A stretch of DNA of 64,000 nucleotides from Candidatus Bathyarchaeota archaeon (GTDB lineage Archaea; Thermoproteota; Bathyarchaeia; Bathyarchaeales; Bathycorpusculaceae), in assembly GCA_963702095.1 (NCBI GenBank), contig OY969706.1, positions 2,496,001-2,560,000 on the forward strand. Direction: 5' to 3'. A program made the position numbers and the translations under genes. Below the pieces are notes generated by a model. The model made no database searches. It was not told where the DNA came from and saw only the letters and a program-made list of their open reading frames with translations. Below are positions 38,460-47,969 of the stretch, in pieces (positions within the stretch are counted from its first letter, which is position 1; every line of letters begins with the position of its first letter).

Positions 38460-39329
38460 CTAACTTTTTTGCTTCTCGGCTGCAACCTGTTGAAGCGTCG
38501 CCTTCATTTTCCGTGCATCCACATCCAGAATTGGCGATTCACAGATCATCGTGGGGTGCAGCCCAAACTCCACAATCACCTCGGCAAGCCAGCGGAAATC
38601 GGGTCCGTAGCCTTCGTCGAGGGTGTGGTGTTTTCTTTCTCCTTGGGCATTGAATTCGATGGCGCTGAAGTGGCAGTGCATGCTCCGCAGTGTTTCAGTG
38701 CCCAGTTCCTCCTCCACTTTCAAGGCGACGGCTCGCATGTCCTCCATTTTTTTGAAGGTTCCCTGATGCAACGCATGGAGGTGCCCCCAGTCGATGACCA
38801 ACTGCGTACCCTCGACTTCGCGGTTTATGGCGATGATTTCGTCGATGGTGCCCACTTGGAACTTGCGCCCCATCGTTTCAGGACCCAACTTGACTTTGAT
38901 GCCCAAAGATTTCATTTCGGCGCTGACTTCTTTGAGGCCTTGGATGCAGGTTTTAAGTGCATAGTCTTTTTCGAATTTGCCGTAGAAGCCCGTGTGGAAA
39001 ACCATGACGTAGGCATCCATCCAATCCGCCGCGGTTGCGCAGGCGATCATGCGGCGTTTGCTGGCTTCGACGACTTCGCGTTTGCCTGAGAGGTTTATGA
39101 AGTAGCTGCCATGCATGCTGAGGCGCACATCGTTTTTTTGGGCTTCTTCGCCGAGTTTGCGGGCTTCAACCTCTTTCATCTGCGGCTTAGGACCCCAGCG
39201 GACGGCTTGGTACTCAAACGCATCCAGTCCCTCCTCGTGTAGCAGCCTTGGCGTGTCGTTTGTTGCGGCGCCTAAGACGCGGAACATTGGCGGTACGCCT
39301 GCGGGTCCAAAACGGGTATGCTCAGACAT
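38460..39329 (-). CDS. nfo: Endonuclease IV (AP endonuclease 2 family)
   Basis: RFGPAG, HGSYFINL, FHTG, PETMG, IDWGHLHA, HCHFS, ICESP. Confidence 0.9.
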   Translation of the reverse strand: MSEHTRFGPAGVPPMFRVLGAATNDTPRLLHEEGLDAFEYQAVRWGPKPQMKEVEARKLGEEAQKNDVRLSMHGSYFINLSGKREVVEASKRRMIACATAADWMDAYVMVFHTGFYGKFEKDYALKTCIQGLKEVSAEMKSLGIKVKLGPETMGRKFQVGTIDEIIAINREVEGTQLVIDWGHLHALHQGTFKKMEDMRAVALKVEEELGTETLRSMHCHFSAIEFNAQGERKHHTLDEGYGPDFRWLAEVIVEFGLHPTMICESPILDVDARKMKATLQQVAAEKQKS

Positions 39330-39376
39330 GAAATCCTCTGTATTTTAGGTTGTTCAATGCATCATTAAGGCTTTCT

Positions 39377-40159
39377 CTACAGCAGGCTCGTGATAGTTGG
39401 AATCGCCACGTAGAGTCGCGCGTAAACCGCTACAATTATGATTATTATGGTGATTGCCAAAAGCACGTAGTCGCCAGCACGTAGTTTTAGGGCGTAGAGG
39501 TTGGTGCGTTTTTTGCTTGCGCCCCATGCGCGGGACTCCATGGCTTCGGCGAGTTCGAGGCTGCGGCGGATGGCGCTCACGATTAAGGGGATAAGCACGG
39601 GTATGTAGTTGCGGATGCGCTTCATCAGATTGCCCTTCTCTAACTCTAAGCCGCGAGCTTTCTGGGCGTCCATAATGGTTTGGGCTTCCTCAGCCAAAAC
39701 TGGCACAAAGCGGACGGCTGTGGTGAATGCAAACGCGAATTCATAGGGAACCCGCGACGTCTCCAGTGCCAAGCCCAAATGATCCGGTGAAGTAGTTAAG
39801 AAGAACACCGAAAAAGACTCAACCAGCACAACAAAACGCAGGGTCATGGCTAATGCGCCTTCGATGATTGCTGCCGTTAAAGTGTAGCCATTTGTGAAGT
39901 AGGTGGTTCCAACGTTTAAAATAAAGATGAATGCTGCCAAGAAGGCTGCTCCACGCAACGAACGCAGCCACTGCTTCTGTACCCGCGCCAAAAACACAAA
40001 CGGCAACTGCATCAAGAAAAGGACAAGCAAGGGGATGATTTGGATGAAGAGAATGGCGGCGACGAATATGGCGATGACATAGATGAATTTGATGCGTGGG
40101 TCAAGGTTGTGGATGGGGCTTTTGACCTTGCGGAATTTTAAGCCGTCAAAAACACTCAC
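39377..40159 (-). CDS. ecfT: ECF transporter T component
   Basis: LDPRIK, RFVP, AQKARG, AMESRAW. Confidence 0.93.
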   Translation of the reverse strand: MSVFDGLKFRKVKSPIHNLDPRIKFIYVIAIFVAAILFIQIIPLLVLFLMQLPFVFLARVQKQWLRSLRGAAFLAAFIFILNVGTTYFTNGYTLTAAIIEGALAMTLRFVVLVESFSVFFLTTSPDHLGLALETSRVPYEFAFAFTTAVRFVPVLAEEAQTIMDAQKARGLELEKGNLMKRIRNYIPVLIPLIVSAIRRSLELAEAMESRAWGASKKRTNLYALKLRAGDYVLLAITIIIIIVAVYARLYVAIPTITSLL

Positions 40160-40980
40160 TTGCCCCGCTCCTCCCTAAGTTTTAGCAGTAACTTCTTTGC
40201 TTCATAGAGGTCAATGACGTCTTTGGGCAAGCCCAAACCGGATAGTTTAGTGAAGACCTGTGCCACCTGCGGCAGCACAATCGAGGACAACTCCAACATC
40301 GCGGGGTCGGTTAGGATTTCGCTGCCCACTCCGTCAGCGACGATTTTCCCCTCTTTCATCAATATGACGCGGGGGTTGCATTCTGCCACAAACTCCACGT
40401 CATGGGTCACTGTGACGACGGTTTTGCCCTGTGTCTGCATCTGCATGATGAATTGGCGCAGCTTCTCTTTCTGCTCATGGTCCTGCCCGATGGTGGGTTC
40501 GTCAAGAATCAAGGTTTTAGGGTTCCAAGCCAACACAGACGCCAACGCCACCCGTTTACGTTCGCCGCCGCTGAGTAGAAACGGCGAGGTTTTGCGGTAC
40601 TGAGTCAGCGAAAGAAGGTTAAGCGCCCACGTGACGCGTTCTTCGATGACGTTTGGTTCGAAGCCGAAGTTTTTGAGTGCAAAACTGATTTCTTCTTCGA
40701 CGGTTTCGCTGAAAAGTTGGTGGTCGGGGTTTTGGAATACGAAACCGACGTTTCGGGCTAGGGCGGCGACGCTGGATTTGGTGGTTGGGACGCCGTCGAT
40801 TTTGACTGTGCCAGAGGAGGGTTTGAGTAGTCCGTTGAAGTGTTTGACAAAGGTGGATTTGCCTGCGCCGTTTTGCCCCATGATGGCGACGAATTCGCCG
40901 TCTTTAACTGTGAGTGAAACGCCTTTTAGGGCTTCGACTTTGCTGGGGTAGCTGAAATGCACGTTTTCGGCTTCAATCAT
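40156..40980 (-). CDS. ecfA2: ECF transporter ATPase
   Basis: GQNGAGKST, FQNPDHQ, LSGGE, LDEPT. Confidence 0.92.
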   Translation of the reverse strand: MIEAENVHFSYPSKVEALKGVSLTVKDGEFVAIMGQNGAGKSTFVKHFNGLLKPSSGTVKIDGVPTTKSSVAALARNVGFVFQNPDHQLFSETVEEEISFALKNFGFEPNVIEERVTWALNLLSLTQYRKTSPFLLSGGERKRVALASVLAWNPKTLILDEPTIGQDHEQKEKLRQFIMQMQTQGKTVVTVTHDVEFVAECNPRVILMKEGKIVADGVGSEILTDPAMLELSSIVLPQVAQVFTKLSGLGLPKDVIDLYEAKKLLLKLREERGK

Positions 40981-41826
40981 TTAGCCGAGTGCCTCCAACA
41001 GTTGCTCCGCCAACTCCTCCGATGACAGCGGTGTTTTGTCGCCGAGGTTGAAGCCTTCTTTCTTTAGCATCTGATAGAGCAAGGTGGCTTTGGGAATGCC
41101 GACGCCGATTAAACGGGTTTCCTCGTTGCTTAGGATAACTCGGGGGTCGCCTTCCAATCGTACTGAGCCCTGATCCATGATGATGAGGTGGTTGGCATAT
41201 TTGGCGGTTAAATCCAGCCGGTGCTCAACTAGGACAACGGTAATGCCGTTTTCCTTGTTCAACTTGTAAATAACATCAAAAATCCTCTCAGCACTCAACG
41301 GATCCAAAAAAGAGGTTGGCTCATCAAGTACGATGATCTCTGGTTCCATTGCGAGAACCGACGCAATAGCCACCCGCTGCTGCTGTCCACCGCTAATCTC
41401 ATGCGGTGAGCGCTCGCGGATGCCGTAGATGTCGGTTTGGTTGAGTGCCCAATCGACTTTTTTACGCATCTCTTCGCGGTTGACTGCGACGTTTTCTAAG
41501 CCAAACGCCACGTCTTTTTCGACGGAGAGTGCGAAAAGCTGGTTTTCAGGGTTCTGAAACACTAAGCCAACGTGCTTAGCCATTTCGTAAGTGTGGTGGT
41601 CAAGGGTGTTTATGCCGGCGACGGCTATTTCGCCTTTTATTTCGCCTTGATAGAAATGGGGCACTAACCCGTTGAAGCATCGGCACAGAGTGGTTTTGCC
41701 GCAGCCGCTGGGCCCCGTAATCAAAACAAATTCGCCCCGCTCCACCTTTATAGACACGTCGCATATCGATGGTTTAGCGGCGCCGGGGTAGGTGTATGTG
41801 AGGTTCTTTGTTTCGATTATAGCCAT
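40981..41826 (-). CDS. ecfA1: ECF transporter ATPase
   Basis: GPSGCGKTT, FQNPENQ, ISGGQ, LDEPT. Confidence 0.92.
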   Translation of the reverse strand: MAIIETKNLTYTYPGAAKPSICDVSIKVERGEFVLITGPSGCGKTTLCRCFNGLVPHFYQGEIKGEIAVAGINTLDHHTYEMAKHVGLVFQNPENQLFALSVEKDVAFGLENVAVNREEMRKKVDWALNQTDIYGIRERSPHEISGGQQQRVAIASVLAMEPEIIVLDEPTSFLDPLSAERIFDVIYKLNKENGITVVLVEHRLDLTAKYANHLIIMDQGSVRLEGDPRVILSNEETRLIGVGIPKATLLYQMLKKEGFNLGDKTPLSSEELAEQLLEALG

Positions 41827-41986
41827 TGTTTTAGTTTGCCCACCTTAAGCGTTACTGTTTGCTCATTTAAGCGTAGCTACACAGTTTTGTTTTTCATCTA
41901 AAAGTTTTGGCTGTAATTAAGAATTTCCGTTAAACCATCTAAACAAAACTAAAACTTCTAAACACCCGGCGTTTAGTAGTGACAAA

Positions 41987-42991
41987 CTAGTCAGAGCTTT
42001 GGGATTTAGCGATTTTCTGCTTCAAAAGAGACTCGCATTTTTTGAGGGCATCCTTGATTTCGCCTTTGCCGCTGACACCAGATGCCATCGCATGGCCGCC
42101 ACCCACACCACCCAAAAACTCGCCAAGAGGCGCCGCAATATCGGTTCCCAGATGCACAGCAGCTTTCTCGTTGAACTGGCGGGTGCTGCGGAGGCTGATT
42201 TCGACTTTACCGTTTTTTTTGCCTGCCACCGCCGCCACATGCGCCCCCAAATCCACAAGCGCCTTAGCTGCAGAAGCTTGGTAGGCACTTACATGTGAAA
42301 GCGCCACAATCCACCCTTCGATTCTGATTATTCTTGCACGTTTACATGCTTTGAGCTTCGCGACCCGCTCGGAATCCTCAATGGGCAGGGCAAACTGGGC
42401 AAGCGTCTCCTGTGCGTCTATGCCTGCCTTCACCAGTTCTGCGATGACGCCGAAAGTGGGTGAATTAGCCAGTGCAAAATGGCGGGTGTCAAACGCTATG
42501 CCGACAAAAAGCGCTTTTGCCTCGTTGAGGGCGGGTTTGACGTCTGCTTCGACGTAGAGGCGGTAGACGAGTTCGCAGTTGGCAGCGGCGGTTTGGTCGA
42601 GGATGCAGAGTTTGCAGATTGCGGTGGTTTCGGGGCTGGGGGCGTGGTGGTCGATGATGATTTTTGGGGCAGGCGACTTTTTGATGGCTCCAGCAACTTC
42701 GTCTAGCTGCTCCACGGTGTTCATGTCTAAGAGCACGATGACTTCGGCGGAGTCAATGTTGGGTTTTAGGTTAACTGTGATGGGCAAGTACTCAAGCAAT
42801 GTCTTGGCGGGTTTGTTGATGCCCTGCGGACACCCAATCTCCACTACAACGTTGGGTAAAAACCGCTTCAAAAGCATCTGCAACCCATAGGCGCTGCAAA
42901 TTGCGTCGGCGTCGGCGCTGCGGTGACAAAGCAAAAGAACAAAGCCTGCTTGCTGCTGCTCTAAAATTGTGATTAATTCTTTGAAGGACAT
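41987..42991 (-). CDS. DHH/DHHA1 phosphoesterase
   Basis: HRSADAD, LLD, IDHH, DTRHF, GGGH. Confidence 0.92.
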   Translation of the reverse strand: MSFKELITILEQQQAGFVLLLCHRSADADAICSAYGLQMLLKRFLPNVVVEIGCPQGINKPAKTLLEYLPITVNLKPNIDSAEVIVLLDMNTVEQLDEVAGAIKKSPAPKIIIDHHAPSPETTAICKLCILDQTAAANCELVYRLYVEADVKPALNEAKALFVGIAFDTRHFALANSPTFGVIAELVKAGIDAQETLAQFALPIEDSERVAKLKACKRARIIRIEGWIVALSHVSAYQASAAKALVDLGAHVAAVAGKKNGKVEISLRSTRQFNEKAAVHLGTDIAAPLGEFLGGVGGGHAMASGVSGKGEIKDALKKCESLLKQKIAKSQSSD

Positions 42992-43278
42992 CGTAGTTTT
43001 CTCAGGTAGTTTTCTGTAGCTTCATGCGCCTTAGCCGTAGCAGCCTTAACCAATGCTTCCACGTCAACAGTTTGGGTTTGCTTGGTTAGGAGCAGGTTGA
43101 TTTCCACGGTGACGCTGACCGGTTTTGTGCCTTCCACTTCGACGCTGATGTCGAGGCGTTCCACGTCTTTGCTTGGAACTTGTTTTAGGATGTATCGGCG
43201 GGCTGCGTCTTCGGTGATTTGGCATAAAAGTTCGATTTGCTCGGTGGATAGCTCTGGAAAACCGAGCTCACCCATCAA
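42973..43278 (-). CDS. DUF3194-like protein
   Basis: Position between pfdB and the DHH gene; ELSTEQIE...DLDI-like pattern. Confidence 0.7.
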   Translation of the reverse strand: MMGELGFPELSTEQIELLCQITEDAARRYILKQVPSKDVERLDISVEVEGTKPVSVTVEINLLLTKQTQTVDVEALVKAATAKAHEATENYLRKLRCPSKN

Positions 43279-43293
43279 GCATCAAATCTCCAT

Positions 43294-43674
43294 TTAAGAG
43301 AGGGGTTGACCTTGACCTGAAACTGGGCTTAGGTCTTCTTGCAGTTTAGTCTGTGACTCTTTAACTTGGCTGCGGACGCGTTCTTCCTGTCGGTTGATGA
43401 CGGTGCTGCGGGTTTCGAGCAGGGACTTGCGTTCGTTGAGGTCTTCGCTTACTTTGGCTTTTTCTGCTTTGACAAGCAGTGATCCAATGGCTTTGTAGAT
43501 GACTGCGTCGTCTGTGGTTTTGGCGAGTTCTGCGAGGGTTTGTTCTACCTCAACTTTTTCCATGTCAACCTGCTGTTTTTGAGCCATAATCGACTGCAGC
43601 GTCTGCTGTAACTGTTGGAGTCTGAGAAGCCTTTCTTGCACGTTAGGCGGTAATCTGGATAGTTCATCACTCAA
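43294..43674 (-). CDS. pfdB: Prefoldin beta subunit
   Basis: LPPNVQ...LQQLQQ, IYKAIGSLLVK, coiled coil. Confidence 0.95.
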   Translation of the reverse strand: MSDELSRLPPNVQERLLRLQQLQQTLQSIMAQKQQVDMEKVEVEQTLAELAKTTDDAVIYKAIGSLLVKAEKAKVSEDLNERKSLLETRSTVINRQEERVRSQVKESQTKLQEDLSPVSGQGQPLS

Positions 43675-43707
43675 AGTTTATTCCTTCCGTACCCCAAAAA
43701 GAGAGAA

Positions 43708-43727
43708 GCTATTAATTAAGGGTTTCC
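43708..43727 (-). promoter_or_regulatory. BRE/TATA promoter of pfdB
   Basis: GGAAACCCTTAATTAA on the minus strand, ~35-50 nt upstream of the start. Confidence 0.55.
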
Positions 43728-43732
43728 AACAC

Positions 43733-43868
43733 TTTTTTTCTATAGTAGTTGTTGGCGAAAACCCGCTATACACAACAACAACCAGCAGAGTTTGTGAACG
43801 GTTGCTTTTTCGGTTCAGAACCTATTTCGTGTTGCAGGCTGGTTGTGGAGCAAACCTCAAGCAGAATC
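43733..43868 (+). repeat. Dispersed intergenic repeat family 1, copy C
   Basis: GTAGTTGTTG/CAACAACAAC stem; CGGTTGCTTTTTCGGTT identical to copy A; TTGCAGGCTGGTTG and CAAGCAGAA. Confidence 0.85.
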
Positions 43869-43924
43869 AAATAACCTTTTAATCCACTGTATAAGGGGAA
43901 GGGGAGAGGCGGCAGAGCAACAGA

Positions 43925-44545
43925 TTAGCCCTTGCATCTTTGTCCCAATAATTTCTCTGCCAACTGCAACTCCTGCACGGTGTTGATGTTTACGGCGAGT
44001 TCCTCGTAGTTGAGGACGTAGATGTCTTGGTCGAGCCATTCGTCACCATAACGTTTGCTGCCATCAATGACGTTTATGCCCACTGGAACCAGTTCCTGCC
44101 CGCATTCGCTAAAAGAGTAGTCAACGCACATTCCAAGCTGGGTTTTAGCATTGATTGGAACCGCAACCGTCAACGCGGGCTTACCGCAACGCTCATACCG
44201 CTCCACAATCGCATCGATCATCTCGGACTTGACCAGTGGCAAGTCGGCGGCAATCGCCAAAAACACGCCCAACTTAAGCACCTGCACAGTGTAACCCATG
44301 TCGCTGACATAGTCGTTGCCGGGGGTTTCGATGACCTGCACGCTTTGCTGCTTCATCAACGCCGCAGTTTTTGGAGTAACAACGGTTGTGGCGACAATTA
44401 TCCTATCGATTTTCTTCGCGCCTCTCAGCGCTTCTATAACGTATTCGATGACGGGTTTACCGCAGACATAAATCAGCGGTTTCTCTTCGGCGAGTTTCAT
44501 GCGGGTGCCTTTGCCGCCTGCCATAACCAGTGCCGTTACACCCAT
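43925..44545 (-). CDS. cobY: Adenosylcobinamide-phosphate guanylyltransferase, paralog 1
   Basis: MAGGKGTRM, EKPL, ADLP, GINVI, NINT; overlaps cobS. Confidence 0.88.
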   Translation of the reverse strand: MGVTALVMAGGKGTRMKLAEEKPLIYVCGKPVIEYVIEALRGAKKIDRIIVATTVVTPKTAALMKQQSVQVIETPGNDYVSDMGYTVQVLKLGVFLAIAADLPLVKSEMIDAIVERYERCGKPALTVAVPINAKTQLGMCVDYSFSECGQELVPVGINVIDGSKRYGDEWLDQDIYVLNYEELAVNINTVQELQLAEKLLGQRCKG

Positions 44546-45330
44546 GCAACCACCGCCAACAAAACAACCACGCAGATCATCCGTGTCAATTCGTTTGTTG
44601 CGCCGAACACGTCGCCTGTGACTCCGTTAAAGTTTTTGTGCGCCACCGCCACCATAACCAAGCCTGCTGTGACAGCGGCTAAAACGACAAAGACGCCTGC
44701 AACCCAGAGCAGTGGCACCGCAACTGCCAAAGAGATTGCCAAAGCAGCGGTTAAACGCCAATTTCCTGCTTTGCCATGCATGGCTTCAAGGAACGCTGAG
44801 TTCATGCCTTGATGGACGGATTTTCCAGCCCAAGCCGCCACAGTCATCGCCAATTTAGCGCAAAGCTCAACCACAATTACGCCTGGAACCACCAGTGGAA
44901 CCGCGAAACCGCCGATGGCTACGGTTCTGCCGAGTCCAACAAACGCAAAAGCAGTAATCACATAAGTCATCAAAGCTAAGCCGATGGCACCTGCACCGGT
45001 AAGTTGGTCATGCATAACCTCGATTCTGCGCTCGGGGGTACCGTGCACCATGACGGCGTCGCCGAAATCCAGCAGCCCATCGGTATGGTGGAGTCCAGTC
45101 ATCCAAAGCAGCAGCGCCAAAACCAAAGCGCCCACTGCTATGCCGACTGCGGGAAAGAATTGGTACATGACCCAACCGAATAAGCCTGCAAGCAAACCCA
45201 GAAATGCGCCGATGAGAGGAAAAGCCCACATGTTGCGTGCGCAGTCGTTGAACAGGTCCTTGTCCATGGTGACTGGGAAAACGGTTAAGAAAGATAGGAG
45301 GTTCTTGAGCTGCTTAACTACCACTTGCAC
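44536..45330 (-). CDS. cobS: Cobalamin synthase, paralog 1
   Basis: FLT, TGLHHTDGLLDFGD, VMHD, GVTGDVFGATNE. Confidence 0.92.
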   Translation of the reverse strand: MQVVVKQLKNLLSFLTVFPVTMDKDLFNDCARNMWAFPLIGAFLGLLAGLFGWVMYQFFPAVGIAVGALVLALLLWMTGLHHTDGLLDFGDAVMVHGTPERRIEVMHDQLTGAGAIGLALMTYVITAFAFVGLGRTVAIGGFAVPLVVPGVIVVELCAKLAMTVAAWAGKSVHQGMNSAFLEAMHGKAGNWRLTAALAISLAVAVPLLWVAGVFVVLAAVTAGLVMVAVAHKNFNGVTGDVFGATNELTRMICVVVLLAVVAWV

Positions 45331-45331
45331 T

Positions 45332-46420
45332 TCACTTTGCTTGCATCAGTGAGGCATAATTACGCTCTATCTCCTTAAGAAGAATTTGCTTGGTAACTGC
45401 TCCGCCGGTCTTTGCCATGGCTGCGATGGATGCTCCGCCTGCACCGACGCCTTCTTTGACCAAGCCGGTTTCGTAGATTTGCAAACCAGGATATTTGGAT
45501 GAGCCAAAATCTAAGTCAGCGGCTAACACCGGGACTTTGCAGAACTGTTCGGTGATTCCACAGATGTCGCTGGATTTATCTTGGGTGACCCAGCGTGTGG
45601 TGCCTACAGCGACGTTGCAAAGGGATTCTGGGTGCAATGCGTTGATTACCGCCAATACCGCGGTCATCTGTGTGCCGCCCGCCATCAACACAGGCGCCTG
45701 ACGTGCCCCGCCGATGACTAAACCGGCAACCGCTGCCATCATCGGGTCGCCAACAGCAGAAACCGCCTTAATCGGGTCACCTCTGAAGCTACCGAATTTT
45801 TGCTCAGCGGCTTTCAAACCGGCAGAGACGACGTCCGCCTTGAGGTCATGCGGGTTATTCGGCAGTGTGCTGCTGACTTTGCCGTGAGCGTTGATGCCCA
45901 GAGCTGTCAGTACACCCAGTGCTGTCGTGGTTCCGCCGGGGATGCTCTCGCCAATAACAAGATAATCAGCCACTTTCGCCAACTGTTCACCAACAACTTT
46001 CGCCCGCTCTATAACTTCCTCCACGTTGTCGACGCTGTCACCTGTTCGGATGTCGCGTCCGGGGCTTCCGTTGACATCGATGTAGGGGATTTGCGGTTTA
46101 ACTTTGACGCCGCCGTTGACAACCAGCACGGGGATGTCGGCTAAATGCAGCGCCGAGGTGGTAATCAACGCGGGTGTGGGGATACCGTCGGGGGTGATGG
46201 GGACACCTTGGATGCTTCTGCATTTGCCCAGCAACAAGAGTTCGGCGTCTGCTGGAGGTGTGAAGTCGGTGAAATCGGGGTTTGCGCCTGCCGCCGACAA
46301 CCCGGGGATTTTGCCGGTTTCAGTGGTGGCGATTGTGGCGATGAACAGTGGGTTTTTAGCCTCGATTTCATCGAGGAAGGCTTTTGCCTTCAACTCATTA
46401 TTCGCAACTAAGACATCCAT
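45332..46420 (-). CDS. cobT: Archaeal nicotinate-nucleotide base phosphoribosyltransferase
   Basis: IPGLSAAG, PTPALIT, ESIPGGTTTA, GDP, AGGTQM, VKEGVGAGG. Confidence 0.9.
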   Translation of the reverse strand: MDVLVANNELKAKAFLDEIEAKNPLFIATIATTETGKIPGLSAAGANPDFTDFTPPADAELLLLGKCRSIQGVPITPDGIPTPALITTSALHLADIPVLVVNGGVKVKPQIPYIDVNGSPGRDIRTGDSVDNVEEVIERAKVVGEQLAKVADYLVIGESIPGGTTTALGVLTALGINAHGKVSSTLPNNPHDLKADVVSAGLKAAEQKFGSFRGDPIKAVSAVGDPMMAAVAGLVIGGARQAPVLMAGGTQMTAVLAVINALHPESLCNVAVGTTRWVTQDKSSDICGITEQFCKVPVLAADLDFGSSKYPGLQIYETGLVKEGVGAGGASIAAMAKTGGAVTKQILLKEIERNYASLMQAK

Positions 46421-46429
46421 TTTGGTGGC

Positions 46430-47098
46430 CTACTTTTGGGTTACAGTGTACTTCTTGATTTCTAAGTACCCAAAGCCATTATCTAAGCGTTTCTTCTCAG
46501 TCTCAACCAACTCGATTTTCAGTTTGAAGTCGGGTCCATCAGTGATGACGGTATGGTATTCGCCGCCTTCACCACAGGCATCCACGCCGGGAAGCTTGAG
46601 GATATCATCGTAGAATTGGCGGTCTAACACGCGTCCAAGCCAATCCAAGCTCAGTTCGCGGTTGGTGCGCACCACCGTTGCCTTTAAGCCTGTGGCGATG
46701 TAGTCGAGGTAAATCTGTTTGGTGTCCCCCATCCACAGCGGCTTAACAGGTTGCAAGCCGACTTCTTTTAGGATGCGAGCCAGCCAGCCTTCTTCGTGAC
46801 CAGCGACTTCGTAGATGTCGCCTGTGACTAAGCCTTCTGCGCCTCTGTTTTTGCATTCGGTGAGTACTGCTTTGAAGTCGGCTTCGTAGGTTTCGGCGGA
46901 AGTCGTTTTTTTGATGAGTTGCACCCCTGTGGCTTTGGCTTGGGCGTCGAGGATGCCTGCGGGGATCATGTGGAAGTTGGATTTTTCCTCGTTCATCATC
47001 ATGGTTAATAGGGATAGGACTTGGTGTCCTTGCTGTTTTGCAAGGAGGTATGCGTAGGCGCTGTCTTTGCCGCCGCTCCATGAAGCAACAACTTTCAT
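46430..47098 (-). CDS. PP-loop ATPase, DUF71/diphthine-ammonia ligase family
   Basis: SWSGGKDS, TGDI, PLW, CGEGGEYHT. Confidence 0.9.
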   Translation of the reverse strand: MKVVASWSGGKDSAYAYLLAKQQGHQVLSLLTMMMNEEKSNFHMIPAGILDAQAKATGVQLIKKTTSAETYEADFKAVLTECKNRGAEGLVTGDIYEVAGHEEGWLARILKEVGLQPVKPLWMGDTKQIYLDYIATGLKATVVRTNRELSLDWLGRVLDRQFYDDILKLPGVDACGEGGEYHTVITDGPDFKLKIELVETEKKRLDNGFGYLEIKKYTVTQK

Positions 47099-47429
47099 CT
47101 AATTTTTCCTCCAGTTTGGTATGAAACAGTTAAACAGGAAAATAAGGTTTTACTTGCCAAACATTTAGAAGGCTTGGTTTCTGCTGACTTTTTGGGCAGT
47201 GCAAGCATGTTTTGTTTGATGTTTAGCAATTTTTCCTGCAACCCTTTTGGTTGGTTTATCCAACCTTTTCATATTAAGTTTACGGTGCCACCAACATTTT
47301 ATCGTAAGCAGACCCATCGCGCACTAAGAACTCATAGAATGGAAAGATTCGCAAAATATCCGTTAATACCTTGTTTATCAAAAGATTCAAATGGCAACTC
47401 AACGAAAAGGATGTTCGAGGGCATTACGC

Positions 47430-47639
47430 TTGGATAAACCAACAGTGGTAATTACTGTGAATCGAAGAGGCAAAAGTGTCGATTACAAAATTGAATGTTC
47501 CAACAAAGTATCTACCGAAGAGTTGACGCATTATCTTGATGAAATAATTGAAGGCATATGCACTTGGAAACCTGGCGTCTGCGAAGAAACCGTACAAACC
47601 ATTGTCGGCTCCATAAAAGAAAAAACGGATAGGTTCTAA
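47430..47639 (+). CDS. Small orphan protein
   Basis: TTG start after GAGG; protein-like composition; no recognised motif. Confidence 0.5.
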   Translation: MDKPTVVITVNRRGKSVDYKIECSNKVSTEELTHYLDEIIEGICTWKPGVCEETVQTIVGSIKEKTDRF

Positions 47640-47969
47640 AGAGATAGTCGCTAAGTCGACGATTTAGAATACTCTTGCGTTTTTTCGGCTACTTTGCCGT
47701 CCGCTTTTTTTGAGTTCAAATTAATGTTGACAACGATATTGTTGTAAATCACAAGGTTTGCAGAGGCAGAAGCCTTTGGACTAAGCAGATTCGCCTCTTT
47801 TGAGTTACCCTTATCTTTTGTTTCAGAAGAATTGGAGGTTATTGCAAGCGCACCCAACAGTTCTACGGTTTGTGGGGATAAAATGGTTTGTTGGCTACCT
47901 AATGAAACAATAGAATGGCTTTCAGAAGACTTAAAACAATCCTTGCCCATAAAAAAAGCGGTCTAACAC

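Noticed and set aside
39377-41826. ECF module without an adjacent S component
   Set aside because: Normal for group II ECF transporters; the substrate cannot be inferred.
44027-44812. Long antisense ORFs (for example 44027-44812, 38469-39089, 26094-26654)
   Set aside because: They are shadows of well-supported opposite-strand genes and have no motifs.
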